A stretch of DNA of 64,000 bases from an uncultured Acidobacteriota bacterium (GTDB lineage: Bacteria; Acidobacteriota; Thermoanaerobaculia; UBA5066; Gp7-AA6). The stretch is from assembly GCA_963725095.1 (NCBI GenBank), contig CAVRXJ010000024.1, positions 149,837 through 213,836 on the forward strand, read 5' to 3'. The notes under the pieces are model-generated. The model was not told the origin of the DNA. It saw only the letters and a program-made list of their open reading frames with translations, and made no database searches. This document shows, piece by piece, positions 1 to 11,335 of the stretch. Numbering within the stretch: the first letter of the stretch is position 1; every line of letters starts with the position of its first letter. A program made the translations under genes and the position numbers.

Positions 1-1106
<1,106 letters not shown>

Positions 1107-1264
1107 GGGAGGCACCTCCGGCTCCATTATATGGATTCGGCGCCGGCCGCCGCCGCGGCGGTCCCGGCCGCCCCACTTCCCCCGCTTGACTTCCGCCCGG
1201 CAGAGGCAAAGACTTTCGCCAACCTTTTGACGTTTCGTTTTCTCAACTCAAGGGGAGGCCGCGC

Positions 1265-4200
1265 ATGATCCGACGTCTGCGTCCGTGGGCCCTGGCATTC
1301 GTTCTCGTTTTCACCGGCGTCTCATCCCTCCTCGCCCAGTCTCAGGCCACCACCGGCGTCATCGAGGGCATCGTGCTCGATCCCCAGGGGGCGACGCGAG
1401 CCGGCGCGCTCGTCGGCCTCCGGAACACGGCCATCAACTCCGTGCAGAATGTCGTGACCGACGCCAACGGACGCTTCCGGGCGGTGCAGCTGCCGCTCGG
1501 GCCCTACCAGATCACCGTTTCCCTGGAGGGGTTCGCGACGCTGGTCCGCGATGGCGTCACGCTGTCCGTCGGCCAGACGGTCAGCCTGACGCTGCGCCTG
1601 GAGGTTTCGGGCGTCGCGCAGGAAGTTCGGGTCACCGCCGAGGCGCCGCTCATCGAAACCGCCGCCACGGACGACACGACCCGCTTCGACGAGAAGGAAG
1701 TTCAGGGCCTGCCCAACTTCAACCACAACTTCCTCGAACTACACCAAGCTGACGCCCGGCGTCGCGGTCGTCCAGAGCCCGGACGGCGAAGCAGATCACG
1801 ATGAACGGGCAGCTGGGAATCTTCAACAACGTCTCGGTGGACGGGGCCGACTTCAACAACCCCTTCTTCGGCGAGCAGCGCGGCGGCCAGCGTCCCCCGT
1901 TCACGTTCAACCTCGACGCGGTGCAGGAGGTGGTCGTGCTCTCCGACGGCGCCAACGCCGAGTTCGGCCGCTCCGCCGGCGGCTTCGTCAACGTCATCAC
2001 CAGGTCCGGCACGAACAGCATCCACGGGAGCGCGCACGTCTACTACACGAGCGAGGGCCTGTCCGCGAAGGCGCCGCAGCCCGACGGGACCTTCGAGCCG
2101 AAGCCGGAGGGCGATCGCTACCAGACGGGTTTCACCTTCGGCGGCCCTCTCATGCAGGACAAGTTCTTCTACTTCCTTTCCGGCGGACTACCAGAACGGC
2201 AACCAGACCAAGCAGCTCGACCCGCTGCGCATTCCAGCCCGATGTGGTGGCCACCTTCGCCGCCCTCGGAAGCCCCGAACGAGAACGGCTCCATCACGCG
2301 GGGCGACGACGCCTTCGTCACGCTCATCAAGACCGACTGGCACGTCAACGAAGCGAACCTCGCGACGCTGCGCTTCAACTACACCTGGGCGGACCAGCAC
2401 AACGGGACCTTCGACGTGGACTCCTGGGGCGTGAGCGCCAACGCGGTCGAGAAGGTCTTCTCGAAGGCGCTCTCGGGCTCGCTCCTGTCGACCCTCTCCG
2501 CGAGCCTCTCCAACGAGTTCCGTTTCCAGTTCGCCCGCGAGGACCGGCCGCGCCCCTATGACGGACCGATCACGCCCGCTGACCGGCCGGCCGCTCCCCG
2601 ACACGGCGTTCGACTTCGTGAAGGGCTACCGCTTCGGCATGCCATTCTTCATCCCGGTCGACTACCACGACGACCGCACGCAGTTCGTCGAGAACGTCAC
2701 CTACTACAAGGGCGCACACACGTTCAAGGCGGGAGTCGAATTCAACCGGACCGTCTCCTCGCAGATCTTTCGCGGCTTCACCAACGGGCGATACATCTTC
2801 AGCTCGACGCGGGTTCCTGGAGTACCTGGCAACCCGAACTATGTCGAGTGCGCGGGGCACCTCAACGGACCGCCAACGTCAGGGCAGCACCGGGCCTGTC
2901 ATCCTCTACCTCCAGCAGGCCGGCGTCGGCGACACGACCGCTGAGGAGGCGGGCACGCAGTCGATCCCTCAGGAGGAGTGGGGCGTCTTCGTGCAGGACA
3001 CCTGGCAGCCGACGCCGTTCTTGACGATCAACCTCGGCCTGCGCTGGGAGGCGCAGCTCGAGCCGGATCTGATCACGCCGATCAACGAGCTCTTCTTCGC
3101 CCACTTCATCGGCACGACGCAGAAACGGCCAGGCGTTCCCCTCCGACGGCACCATCCCGTCGGACACGAACATGTGGGAACCGCGCGTGGGCATCGCGTG
3201 GGACGCGACGAAGGACGGCAAGACCCTCGTGCGCGCCAACTTCGGGATCTACTACGCGCGCGTCCCGGGCCTGAACCTGGCATCGACGCGTTCGACCAAC
3301 GGCTCGATCGGCCAGAGCATCTACCGCGACAGCACGTTCCGCAACTTCGGCGGACCGCTTCCGCCCGCGTATCCGAACATCCTTCCTGCCCACCGAGACC
3401 AGCGGCACGCCCAACCACCCGAGCGTCTACACGTTCGACAAGGACTTTCAGAACCCGCAGACCATCGCAATGCGGCCATCGGGGTCGAGCGAGAGATCTT
3501 GACGGATCTGGCCGCTCGATGCTCCGATACAACTACGCCGACACGAAGCACCTGACGCGGTTCGTCGACCGCAATGCCCCCGAGCTGGGCTCCTCCCGTG
3601 CCCGCACGGGCCTCGGCCCTCTGGTCCACGGGCTCGGGGACGATGGACCAACGGCGTCGCGACGCTCTGCGACCGTCGAGTCGACCGCCAAGAGCCGCTA
3701 CTGGGGCCTCACCCTGGGAGTGAACAAGCGATTCTCGGACTGTTTCGGCGTTCAGTTCAACTACACCTACTCCGAGGATCAGCTCCGACGACGACAACGA
3801 GCGCGACCCCTTCACGCTCCGCTACGCCAGGATCCACGAAGACCCCAACGACCCGACGTCCGAGTTCTCGCAGGAGTACTCCTGGTCCGACCGCGACCAG
3901 CGCCACCGCCTGAACGTCTGGATGCTCTGGATCGCGCCCCTCGAGATCAACTTCAACGCCCGGTACTCGTATCAGTCCGCCCAGCCCCTCGACGTCACGG
4001 CGGACGGGTTGCCCGCCACCTCATACCAGTCCCGCTGCAATACAACAAACCCCGACTTCGCCCGCGACAACGGCGTCAACCCCTGCCTCGACCCGCAGGG
4101 CACGGTCACGCAGCGCAACCTCGGCCGCAAGGACAACACCCTTTCGATGTTCGACCTGCGCCTCTCCCGGGTCTTTACCTTCTCGGCGGCTTCAGCGTCG

Positions 4201-4349
4201 AGCCGATCATCGACATCTTCAACGTCTTCAACGCGGACAACTTCCTGGTCCCGCAGGTCACGAACCTCGTGTTCAACTTCGACGGAACCGTGCGCTCCGG
4301 CGCCGGCGAGCCGCGGCGGTTCCAGTTCGGCCTGCGCCTCCTGTTCTAG
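1265..4349 (+). pseudogene. TonB-dependent receptor with carboxypeptidase-regulatory-like N-terminal domain, broken into at least 6 reading-frame segments
   Basis: Signal peptide MIRRLRPWALAFVLVFTGVSSLLAQS; CarD-like domain GVIEGIVLDPQGATRAGALVGLRNT...GPYQITVSLEGF; plug and barrel segments across ORFs 1801-3024, 2558-2944, 2841-4349, 3172-3555 and 3922-4584; C-terminal ...FNFDGTVRSGAGEPRRFQFGLRLLF* is typical of the TBDR terminal strand. Confidence 0.7.
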
Positions 4350-4417
4350 GCAGCAACCGGTGCCCGGCGTCGCCCTTCGGGGCGGCGCCGGGTGCATTCC
4401 CGCGATACGCTCCCGGA

Positions 4418-4885
4418 ATGCAGAAGCAGAGCCTGCAGGATCGCTACGCGCCGAAGAACCGCTGCTTCGGATGCGGGCCGGCCAACGAAAAGGGCCTGCG
4501 CATCAAGAGCTTCGTCGAGGGCGACGCAGGCGGTCTGCGACTGGCGCCCGGAGCCCCACCACCAGGCCTACGAGGGGATCCTGAACGGCGGCATCTGCGG
4601 GGCGATCCTCGACTGCCACAGCAACTGGACGGCCGCGCACCACCTCATGAAGGCGGCGGGGGCCGAGGTCCCTCCCTGCACGGTCACCGCCGACTTCCAC
4701 GTCAAGCTCAGGCGGCCGACGCCCATGGGCGTACGCCGCTGCATCTGACGGCCCGCGTCGTCGAGTCCTCGGCGGACCGGGCGGTCGTCGAGGCGGCGAT
4801 CGAGGCCGAGGGCCAGACCACCGCGACGTGCCGCGGCACGTTCGTCGCCGTCAAGGAAGGGCATCCCGCCTACCACGGCTGGTAG
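4418..4885 (+). CDS. PaaI/YbgC-type hotdog-fold thioesterase with N-terminal Zn-ribbon (CFGCG); two compensating frameshifts
   Basis: N-terminal MQKQSLQDRYAPKNRCFGCGPANEKGLRIKSFVEGD and C-terminal TPLHLTARVVESSADRAVVEAAIEAEGQTTATCRGTFVAVKEGHPAYHGW are in one frame. The conserved core VCDWRPEPHHQAYEGILNGGICGAILDCHSNWTAAHHLMKAAGAEVPPCTVTADFHVKLRRPTPMG lies in a second frame (the 4392-4748 ORF). Confidence 0.7.
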   Translation: MQKQSLQDRYAPKNRCFGCGPANEKGLRIKSFVEGDAGGLRLAPGAPPPGLRGDPERRHLRGDPRLPQQLDGRAPPHEGGGGRGPSLHGHRRLPRQAQAADAHGRTPLHLTARVVESSADRAVVEAAIEAEGQTTATCRGTFVAVKEGHPAYHGW

Positions 4886-4909
4886 GCCGGCGCTTCGACC
4901 CGGCGACTC

Positions 4910-6665
4910 CTACCTCGGGCCCGTCCCCTTCGCGATCTCGATGTTGCCGTTGCTGTCGGACAGCATGACCTCGCAGCGTCCGTCGCCGATCTTTCCGGAG
5001 AGCGCGTCGCCCGACAGGCCGCCCTGCACGCCGATGGGAAGCTCGGTCGAGACCCTGCCGAAGGAGGTCCGCGCGGTGACGTTGTAGCCGCCCTGCGGAT
5101 CGAGGGCGAGGCGGATCGGCCCGAAGGAGGTCTTCAGCTGAATCCGCCCGCAGTCCCGGCCTCGCGGCGACAGGCCCCGGACGTCGACGGCGCCGTTCTG
5201 GTTGTCGACGTTCACCGCGCCTCCGATTCCATCGAGGGTCACCGGCCCGAACGATGTCCGGATCGTCGCCTGGCCGCCGACGCCCGCGGCGCGCACGCCC
5301 CCGTTGGAACTCTCGACGGTCAGGTCCCCTTCGATCCGCGAGGCTTCGACCTGGGCGAAGCTCGTCTTCACGTAGGCTCCGGCGCCGACGTCGGCGATCC
5401 CGACGTTCCCGTTGCCCGAAATCACCTTCACCCCCTTCTTCACCCGCGTGACCCCGGTCGCCCCGAACGAGTTGCGGACCTCGGCGGAGCCGTCGACGTT
5501 CGACAGCGTGACCCCCCCGTTGGAGTTCGAGACCGTGGCGTCGCCGGCGACACCGGCGGCGTCGATGTCTCCGAATCGGGTCGTCAACCTCGCGCCCGCC
5601 CTTGGCGTCGCGCAGGCGGATCTTGCCGTTCGAGTTCTCGACTTCGACCGGCCCGCCCACGTCGGCGAGCTCCACGGCCCCGAACGAGTTGCGCACGTTG
5701 ACGCCCTCGGCCACGTTGCGGCCGCTCACCTGGGAGTTGCTCGCAACGGCCGCGACCCCCTTGCGCATCTCGGAAAACGCGATGGCGCCGAAGCTCGTCG
5801 CGAGCTCCGCGCGTCCGCCCACGCCGGTCGCCGTGACGGCGCCGTTGCTGTTCTGGACCGAGAGGTCCCCGGCCACGCCGCGCGCATCGACCTTTCCAAA
5901 CGACGTCGTGAGGCTCGCTGCCGCGCCGGCGCCGTCGAGCGCCACGTCGCCGTTGCTGCTCACGACCACGCACCGCTTTCCGACCCTCGCGACCGACGTC
6001 CGGCCGAACCGGTTCCGAACGTCGAGCTCCCCGGTCACGTCGGTCACTGTCACGAGGCCGTTGCCGTTGACGATCACGGCGTCGCCGTCGTTTCCCGTGA
6101 CCTCGATGGACCCGAAAGAGTTCTCCAGGCGCTGCGCGCCCCCGCCGCCGCGGAAGGAGACCTTCCCGTTGGAGTTGACGATGTCGCCCGCGGCCTTCAA
6201 GTTCTCGACCGCGACGTTGCCGAAGCGGTTGCGCAGCGTCAGCGGAGCCGACTCCGGCATCACGATCGTGTAGTCGACGGCGTAGGACACGTGCCCGCCG
6301 CCCAGGAACGTCCACTTCTTCTCGGGGTAGACCGTCCGGACCGAAACGCCCGCCGCCGTCGGCGTCACCTCGATCCGGATGTCCTGCGCGAACTTGTCGG
6401 CCCCCTCCCGATCGGAGGACGAGACCCGGATCGTCGCGTCGATCTTCAGCAGCGGCTCGCGGTGCGTCGCGACCGACACGCTGCCGTTGCTGTGATCGAT
6501 CGAGACCTTCTGCCCCGCCGCGAGGGGCAGCGACTTCTGGAACTTGCGGGTCACCTCTTCGCGGCCGGCGGCGGCCGGCGCCGCGGCGGCGAGCAGCAGC
6601 GCGCCGGCGAGCAGGCGCGCGGGCCAGGCGAACGGGACGCGGGGCGGGGGGCGGCGGAGCGGTTC
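4910..6665 (-). CDS. DUF4097 (YvlB-like putative adhesin) beta-helix repeat protein, secreted; apparent frameshifts near 5590 and in the poly-C run near 6640
   Basis: Repetitive NSFG.V.. / SNG.V motifs throughout ORFs 4851-6554 and 4910-5587. Signal-peptide-like FAWPARLLAGALLLAAAAPAAAG lies directly after the MNVRTAPPPP start but one frame off. It is the last gene of the sigma/anti-sigma operon. Confidence 0.7.
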
Positions 6666-6668
6666 GGA

Positions 6669-7351
6669 CGTTCATTTCACAGACTCCCTTTCATCAGGTC
6701 CTGCAGCGTCCGCTGCTTCTCGCGGTACATGGCGAGCAGCTCCTTGCGCAGGTGGGTGTTGAAGCGATTGCGGTCGGCTTCGGCGCGCATCTCCGCGATC
6801 GCCGAGTCGAGCAGCATCAGTTTTTCGCGGTATCCGGCCGCGAGCGGCGACTTCGGGTCTTCGAGGCGCGGACGGGCGAGCTCGCGACAGCTTCTCGATC
6901 GAACCGAGGTAGGCGGTCTCCGCGCTCTCGACGTCGGACAGCGCCCGCTCCGTCATGAGCGGGTCCCGTCCGGAGGACCGGTTGGCGAGCGGCTCGCGTC
7001 CGGCCCCCTCGCGAAAGACCTGCAGGCCGACCATCGAGAGGACCATCAGGGCGACGACCGCGGCGGCCGGAAGCCAGCGAAGCCGCGGCTCCGGAAGGAG
7101 GGACGCCGCCGCCGGCGCGCCGTGCGCGGATCCGGCCGGCGCGGAGATCGCCTGTTCGATCCGCCCGACGAGCTCCGGGCTTCGCCAGGATTTTCGAAGC
7201 GCCGGCGCCGCCTGCCCGATGGCGTGCCAGAGAGCCAGCCTCTCCCGGCAGGTCGCGCAGGCGGCGGCATGGGCTTCGAGCTCGGCCCACGCCTCGGGAT
7301 CCTCCCGGCCTGGATGGCCCGATCGAACCGGTCGCAGGCGGGTGCCGTCAT
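6669..7351 (-). CDS. Anti-sigma factor with zinc-finger motif (ECF partner); at least 2 apparent frameshifts
   Basis: The start ATG overlaps the sigma factor stop (ATGA). Segments are MTAPACDRFDRAIQAG / DPEAWAELEAHAAACATCRERLALWHAIGQAAP (H-x3-C-x2-C) / hydrophobic MVLSMVGLQVF (TM) / C-terminal coiled-coil KSPLAAGYREKLMLLDSAIAEMRAEADRNRFNTHLRKELLAMYREKQRTLQDLMKGSL*. Confidence 0.65.
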
Positions 7352-7941
7352 GCCCGCGCCTCCCTCGCCCGTCGGCCCTCGAGGAGGCGCTGGAGCTCGC
7401 GGCGGGCTTCGAACAGCAACGTCCGGGACGTCGCTTCGGGGATTCCCAGGATCTCGCCGACCTCGCGGTGGGTGAGACCCTCGACGGCGCAAAGCAGGAA
7501 AACCGTGCGCGGTTTCTCGGGAACGCGCGCCAGAGAGTCCTCGAGCTCCAGGCGGAGCGGATGATCCGATCCTGCGGCCGGAGGGTCGAACGCTTCGTCG
7601 AAGGAATCGGCGCGCGCGTTTCCCTCCGGCCGTCGCCGATGCCGGCGCAGCTGGTCGTAGCAGGTGTTCAGGAGGATCCGATGGATCCAGGTCGAGAACC
7701 GGGCGCCGCCGCGAAACGACGCCGCGCCCCGATGCACCTTCAGGAAGGACTCCTGGACGGCGTCCTCCGCGTCGGTTGCGCTGCCGAGCAGGTTGGCGGC
7801 GATGCTCTTCATGCGCGCGCCGTGCCGCTCGAAGAGCTGCTCGAAGGCCGACGGTCTCCGCGGCGGCTCGCGTCGAGCAGCTCCTCGTCCGCAATCGGCG
7901 GGGCGTCCGGTCCGGGTCCTGGCACCGCAACCTCCTCCGGG
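7348..7941 (-). CDS. RNA polymerase sigma-70 factor, ECF subfamily; one apparent frameshift near 7852
   Basis: GTG start with GGAGGAG RBS. Region 2 reads ADEELLDASRRGDR|AFEQLFERHGARMKSIAANLLGSATDAEDAVQESFLKVHRGAASFRGGARFSTWIHRILLNTCYDQLRR and region 4 reads PEKPRTVFLLCAVEGLTHREVGEILGIPEATSRTLLFEARRELQRLL. Confidence 0.8.
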   Translation of the reverse strand, partial: PGGGCGARTRTGRPADCGRGAARREPPRRPSAFEQLFERHGARMKSIAANLLGSATDAEDAVQESFLKVHRGAASFRGGARFSTWIHRILLNTCYDQLRRHRRRPEGNARADSFDEAFDPPAAGSDHPLRLELEDSLARVPEKPRTVFLLCAVEGLTHREVGEILGIPEATSRTLLFEARRELQRLLEGRRAREARA

Positions 7942-8105
7942 AGCGGCAAAACTCGCGCGAAGTTCTCCAACGCCCCGTCACCCTCCGCCCCTCGAGAAAC
8001 TCATCTCGATGGGTTAGACGCCACGAAGGGGCGGGACGTTTGGAAAGAACGAAGAATGGGCCGCTCCGGATAGAACGCCCTTGTTTTCAGAATGTTACGA
8101 TCGCT

Positions 8106-9875
8106 CTACCAGCCCGTGGGCTTGCCTCTGTTCTGCTCGTCGAGCCATTTCTGCAACGGCGCGAAGTAGTCCCGGATCGCCGACGCGTCGATCCGGTCCG
8201 TCCCGGCCAGGACGGAGAGCGCCTCGGGCCACGGCTTCGAGCAGCCCATGCGGAGCATCCGGTCGAGCTTCGCGCCGGCTTCCTTGCTCCCGTAGATGGA
8301 GCAGCGGTGAAGCGGCCCGGTGCAGCCGGCCGTCTGCGAGAGCGCGCGGTGGAACTGGAACTCGAGGATGTGCGCGAGGAAGTAGCGGGTGTACGGCACG
8401 CCGGCCGCGACGTGGTACTTGGCGGCCGCGTCGAAGTCCTTCTCGCTGCGCGGCACCGACGGGGCCACACCCTGGTACTCGCGCCGCAGCTCCCACCAGG
8501 TCTGGTTGTATTGCGCGGGCGTGATCTCGCCCGAGAACACCTTCCACCGCCATTGGTCGACGAGGAGGCCGAACGGCAGGAAGGCCAGCCGGTCGAGGGC
8601 GCGGGCGAGAAGGATGCCGATGTCCTTGGAGGCGTCGGGCGCCTTGTCCAGCAGGCCCAGCTTGACCAGGTACTCCGGGGTGACCGACAGGGCGATCGTG
8701 TCGCCGATGGCTTCGTGAAAGCCGTCGTTGGCGCTATCGCGGAAGAAGTACGGCTGCGTGTTGTAGGCGCGCTGGTAGAAGTTGTGCCCGAGCTCGTGGT
8801 GGATCGTCGTGAAGGACTCGGCGGTCGCGTCGATGCACATCTTGATCCGCAGGTCGTCGACCGCGTCGACGTCCCAGGCGCTCGCGTGGCAGACGACTTC
8901 GCGGTCGCGGGGCTTGACGAAGAGCGAGCGCTCCCAGAACGTCTCGGGAAGCGGGTCGAATCCGAGCGAGGTGAAGAAGCCCTCGCCGTAACGCACCATC
9001 TGGCGGGCATCGGTCTGGCGGGACTTCAGGATCGCGGTCAGGTCGTATCCCGGATCGGCGCCGGCGGGGGCCAGGATCGGGTAGAGGTTCGCCCAGTCCT
9101 GCGCCCACACGTTGCCGAGCAGGTGTGCGGGAATCGGCCCGTCGGCGGGAACGGCCGCGGCGCCGTACCTCTCCCGAAGCTTCCAGCGCACGTAGGCGTG
9201 GAGCGAAACGTAGAGAGGCCGCACCTGCTCCCAGAGCCGGTCCACCTCCCGCGCGAAGTCCTCCGGGCTCATGTCGTACTTGGACCGCCACATCGCCCCG
9301 GCGTCGGGAAAGCCGAGCTCGCGGGCGCCCTTGTTGGCGAGCTCGACGTACCGTTCGAACGGCCGCCGCATCACCGGCGCGATCGCGTGCCAGCCGCGCC
9401 ACACGTCGAGCAGCTCGTCAGCGTCCCGGCTCTGCGCCATGATCTTCGTGATGTCTTCGAGGTCGAGACACTCTTCCGTGCCCGGCGGGCAATACTTGCC
9501 CTTGCCGTAGGTTCCTTCGAGCGAGGCCGCGATCCGGGTCAGCTCCTCGCTCTCGACCGGGTTTGCCGGTGCGGCCAGCGTCAGGGCGTTCTTCAGAAGC
9601 GTCTTCTTGCGCTCGAGCTCCGCCGGCAGCGTGAGGCCGTCGAACCGGGTTGCCTTCTTGGCGAAGTCCGCGGTCGCGGCGATCAACCTCTCGTTGGCCT
9701 GTGCGGCGAGGATCTCCGTGTCGTCGGTGATGTAGGTCAACTGGACCCAGGAGGCGCGGCTCGCGTTGATGGACAGGGCGAGAAGCTTCGCCTCCGCGTC
9801 CTCGAGAAACGCGCGCGCCTCCTCGACCGTGGGCGGCGGACCCGGGTTCTGGCTCACGTCAGCGGAAGCCGGCAA
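8106..9875 (-). CDS. Peptidase family M2 (peptidyl-dipeptidase A / ACE-like), intact 589 aa
   Basis: Uninterrupted ORF with HHELGHNFYQ (HExxH) and downstream EAIGD, TQPYFFRDSANDGFHEAIGDTIALS; an ACE-like fold signature. Confidence 0.85.
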   Translation of the reverse strand: MPASADVSQNPGPPPTVEEARAFLEDAEAKLLALSINASRASWVQLTYITDDTEILAAQANERLIAATADFAKKATRFDGLTLPAELERKKTLLKNALTLAAPANPVESEELTRIAASLEGTYGKGKYCPPGTEECLDLEDITKIMAQSRDADELLDVWRGWHAIAPVMRRPFERYVELANKGARELGFPDAGAMWRSKYDMSPEDFAREVDRLWEQVRPLYVSLHAYVRWKLRERYGAAAVPADGPIPAHLLGNVWAQDWANLYPILAPAGADPGYDLTAILKSRQTDARQMVRYGEGFFTSLGFDPLPETFWERSLFVKPRDREVVCHASAWDVDAVDDLRIKMCIDATAESFTTIHHELGHNFYQRAYNTQPYFFRDSANDGFHEAIGDTIALSVTPEYLVKLGLLDKAPDASKDIGILLARALDRLAFLPFGLLVDQWRWKVFSGEITPAQYNQTWWELRREYQGVAPSVPRSEKDFDAAAKYHVAAGVPYTRYFLAHILEFQFHRALSQTAGCTGPLHRCSIYGSKEAGAKLDRMLRMGCSKPWPEALSVLAGTDRIDASAIRDYFAPLQKWLDEQNRGKPTGW

Positions 9876-9916
9876 ACCGTGCGGAACATCCGTCGCTCCC
9901 GTAAGTCACGAGCGCG

Positions 9917-9928
9917 TTTTATATCAGG
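9917..9928 (-). promoter_or_regulatory. Extended -10-like element CCTGATATAAAA about 45 nt upstream of the M2 peptidase start; the same 11-mer recurs upstream of ahcY
   Basis: Minus strand GCCTGATATAAAACG. The TGnTATAAA pattern is rare in this roughly 70% GC DNA, and the identical core GCCTGATATAA occurs at 12617-12627. Confidence 0.4.
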
Positions 9929-9959
9929 CGTCTTCGACCGGAAGAGCCGCTTCTCGCTT

Positions 9960-11335
9960 CCCTCCGTCCGGGTCCGACGATCCGGCAAATCGGGAAACCC
10001 GTCCTCCGAAGCGTTGCGGCCTGGCGGCGGATCCGTTCGGTATCGAGCGAGCGGATCCGCCGCCGCTCCATGAGGACGCGTCCCTCGACGATCACGGTTT
10101 CGCACGGCGTCCGAGCGGGCGGAGTAGACGAGATAGGAGAAGGGATCGTAGAGGGGCAGGGCGTTGGGACCCGAGGCCGCGACGACGATCACGTCCGCCT
10201 GCTTGCCGGCCTCCAGGGAACCGATCTCGCGCTCCCGGTGGAGCGCGGCCGCCGAGCCCATGGTCGCCATCCGCAGGACCTGCCGGGCGGGCAAAACGGT
10301 CGGGTCGAGCGCGTGGACCTTGTGGAGCCGCGCGACGGTGCCCATCTCGCCGAACATGTCGAGGTCGTTGTTGCTCGCAGGGCCGTCGGTGCCGATGCCC
10401 ACCGCGATGCCGGCCGAGAGCATCCGCCCGACCGGGGCGACACCGGAAGCCAGCTTCATGTTGCTCTCGGCGCAGTGGACGACACCGACACCGGCGCGGG
10501 CGAGCAGATCGATCTCCTCGCCGTCGACCGCCACGCCGTGCGCCGCGGTCAGGCGGCGGTCGAGCAGGCCGAGCCCGGCCACGTGGCGCACGGGTGTCGT
10601 CCCGTAGCGCTCGCGCACCATCGCCACCTCTCCGGCCGACTCGGCCAGATGCAGGAGGACCGGCGCTCCGAAGCGCTCCGCGAGCTCGCGCGTCTTGCCG
10701 AACGTGTCCGGCCCGACGGTGAAGCACGCGTGGGGGGCGAGCGCCGGCGTGACGCGCGCGTGCCCTGTCCACTCCGACAGGAACCGCTCCGCGCGCGCGA
10801 GACCCTCCGCCGAACCCTTCGCGTCGGGAGTCGGCACGTCGAGGATCCCCTGGCCCGCGATCACTCGGAGCCCGGCCTCGTCGGCCGCCTTCGCCACCTC
10901 CTCCTCGAAGAAGTAGCCGTCGGCGAAGGTCGTGGTCCCGGAGGCGATCATCTCCCAGCAGCCCAGAAGCGCGCCGCAGCGCACGAACTCGGGTGAGACG
11001 AAACGCGCCTCGATCGGGAACATGTACTTCGTGAGCCAGGTCAGCAGCTCGCAGTCGTCCCTCACGCCTCGCAGCAGCGTCATCGCGCGTGCGTGTGCGC
11101 GTTGACGAGGCCCGGAAGAACCAGGTGCCCGGCGGCATCGATCGTCCGGCGCGCCCGGAAGCGGCGCTCGAGCGCCCGGCGCGGACCCACGGCGAGGATC
11201 CGTCCGCCGCCGATCGCGACCGCGCCGTCGGCAATCACCGCGTCGCGCGGCGTCGAGCGTGAGGACGCTGCCGCCCGCCACCAGGAGGTCCGCGGGCTCG
11301 GGCTCCCGGGCGGAGGCGGCCTTCCGCTTCTTCAC
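9960..11335 (-). CDS. mtaD: MTA/SAH deaminase-like amidohydrolase (MtaD family); several apparent frameshifts, ends uncertain
   Basis: The GTG start overlaps the ahcY stop (GTGA). It reads KKRKAASAREPEPADLLVAGGSVLTLDAARR..., then AMTLLRGVRDDCELLTWLTKYMFPIEARF...VLLHLAESAGEV...GIAVGIGTDGPASNNDLDMFGEMGTVARLHKVHALDPTVLPARQVLRMATMGSAAALHREREIGSLEAGKQADVIVV, the amidohydrolase TIM-barrel signature. The C-terminus changes frame near 10060. Confidence 0.7.

Noticed and set aside
5412-10073. Plus-strand ORFs of 687 aa (5412-7475) and 765 aa (7776-10073)
   Set aside because: They oppose clearly coding minus-strand genes (DUF4097, sigma and anti-sigma, M2 peptidase). Their translations are RG-rich junk.
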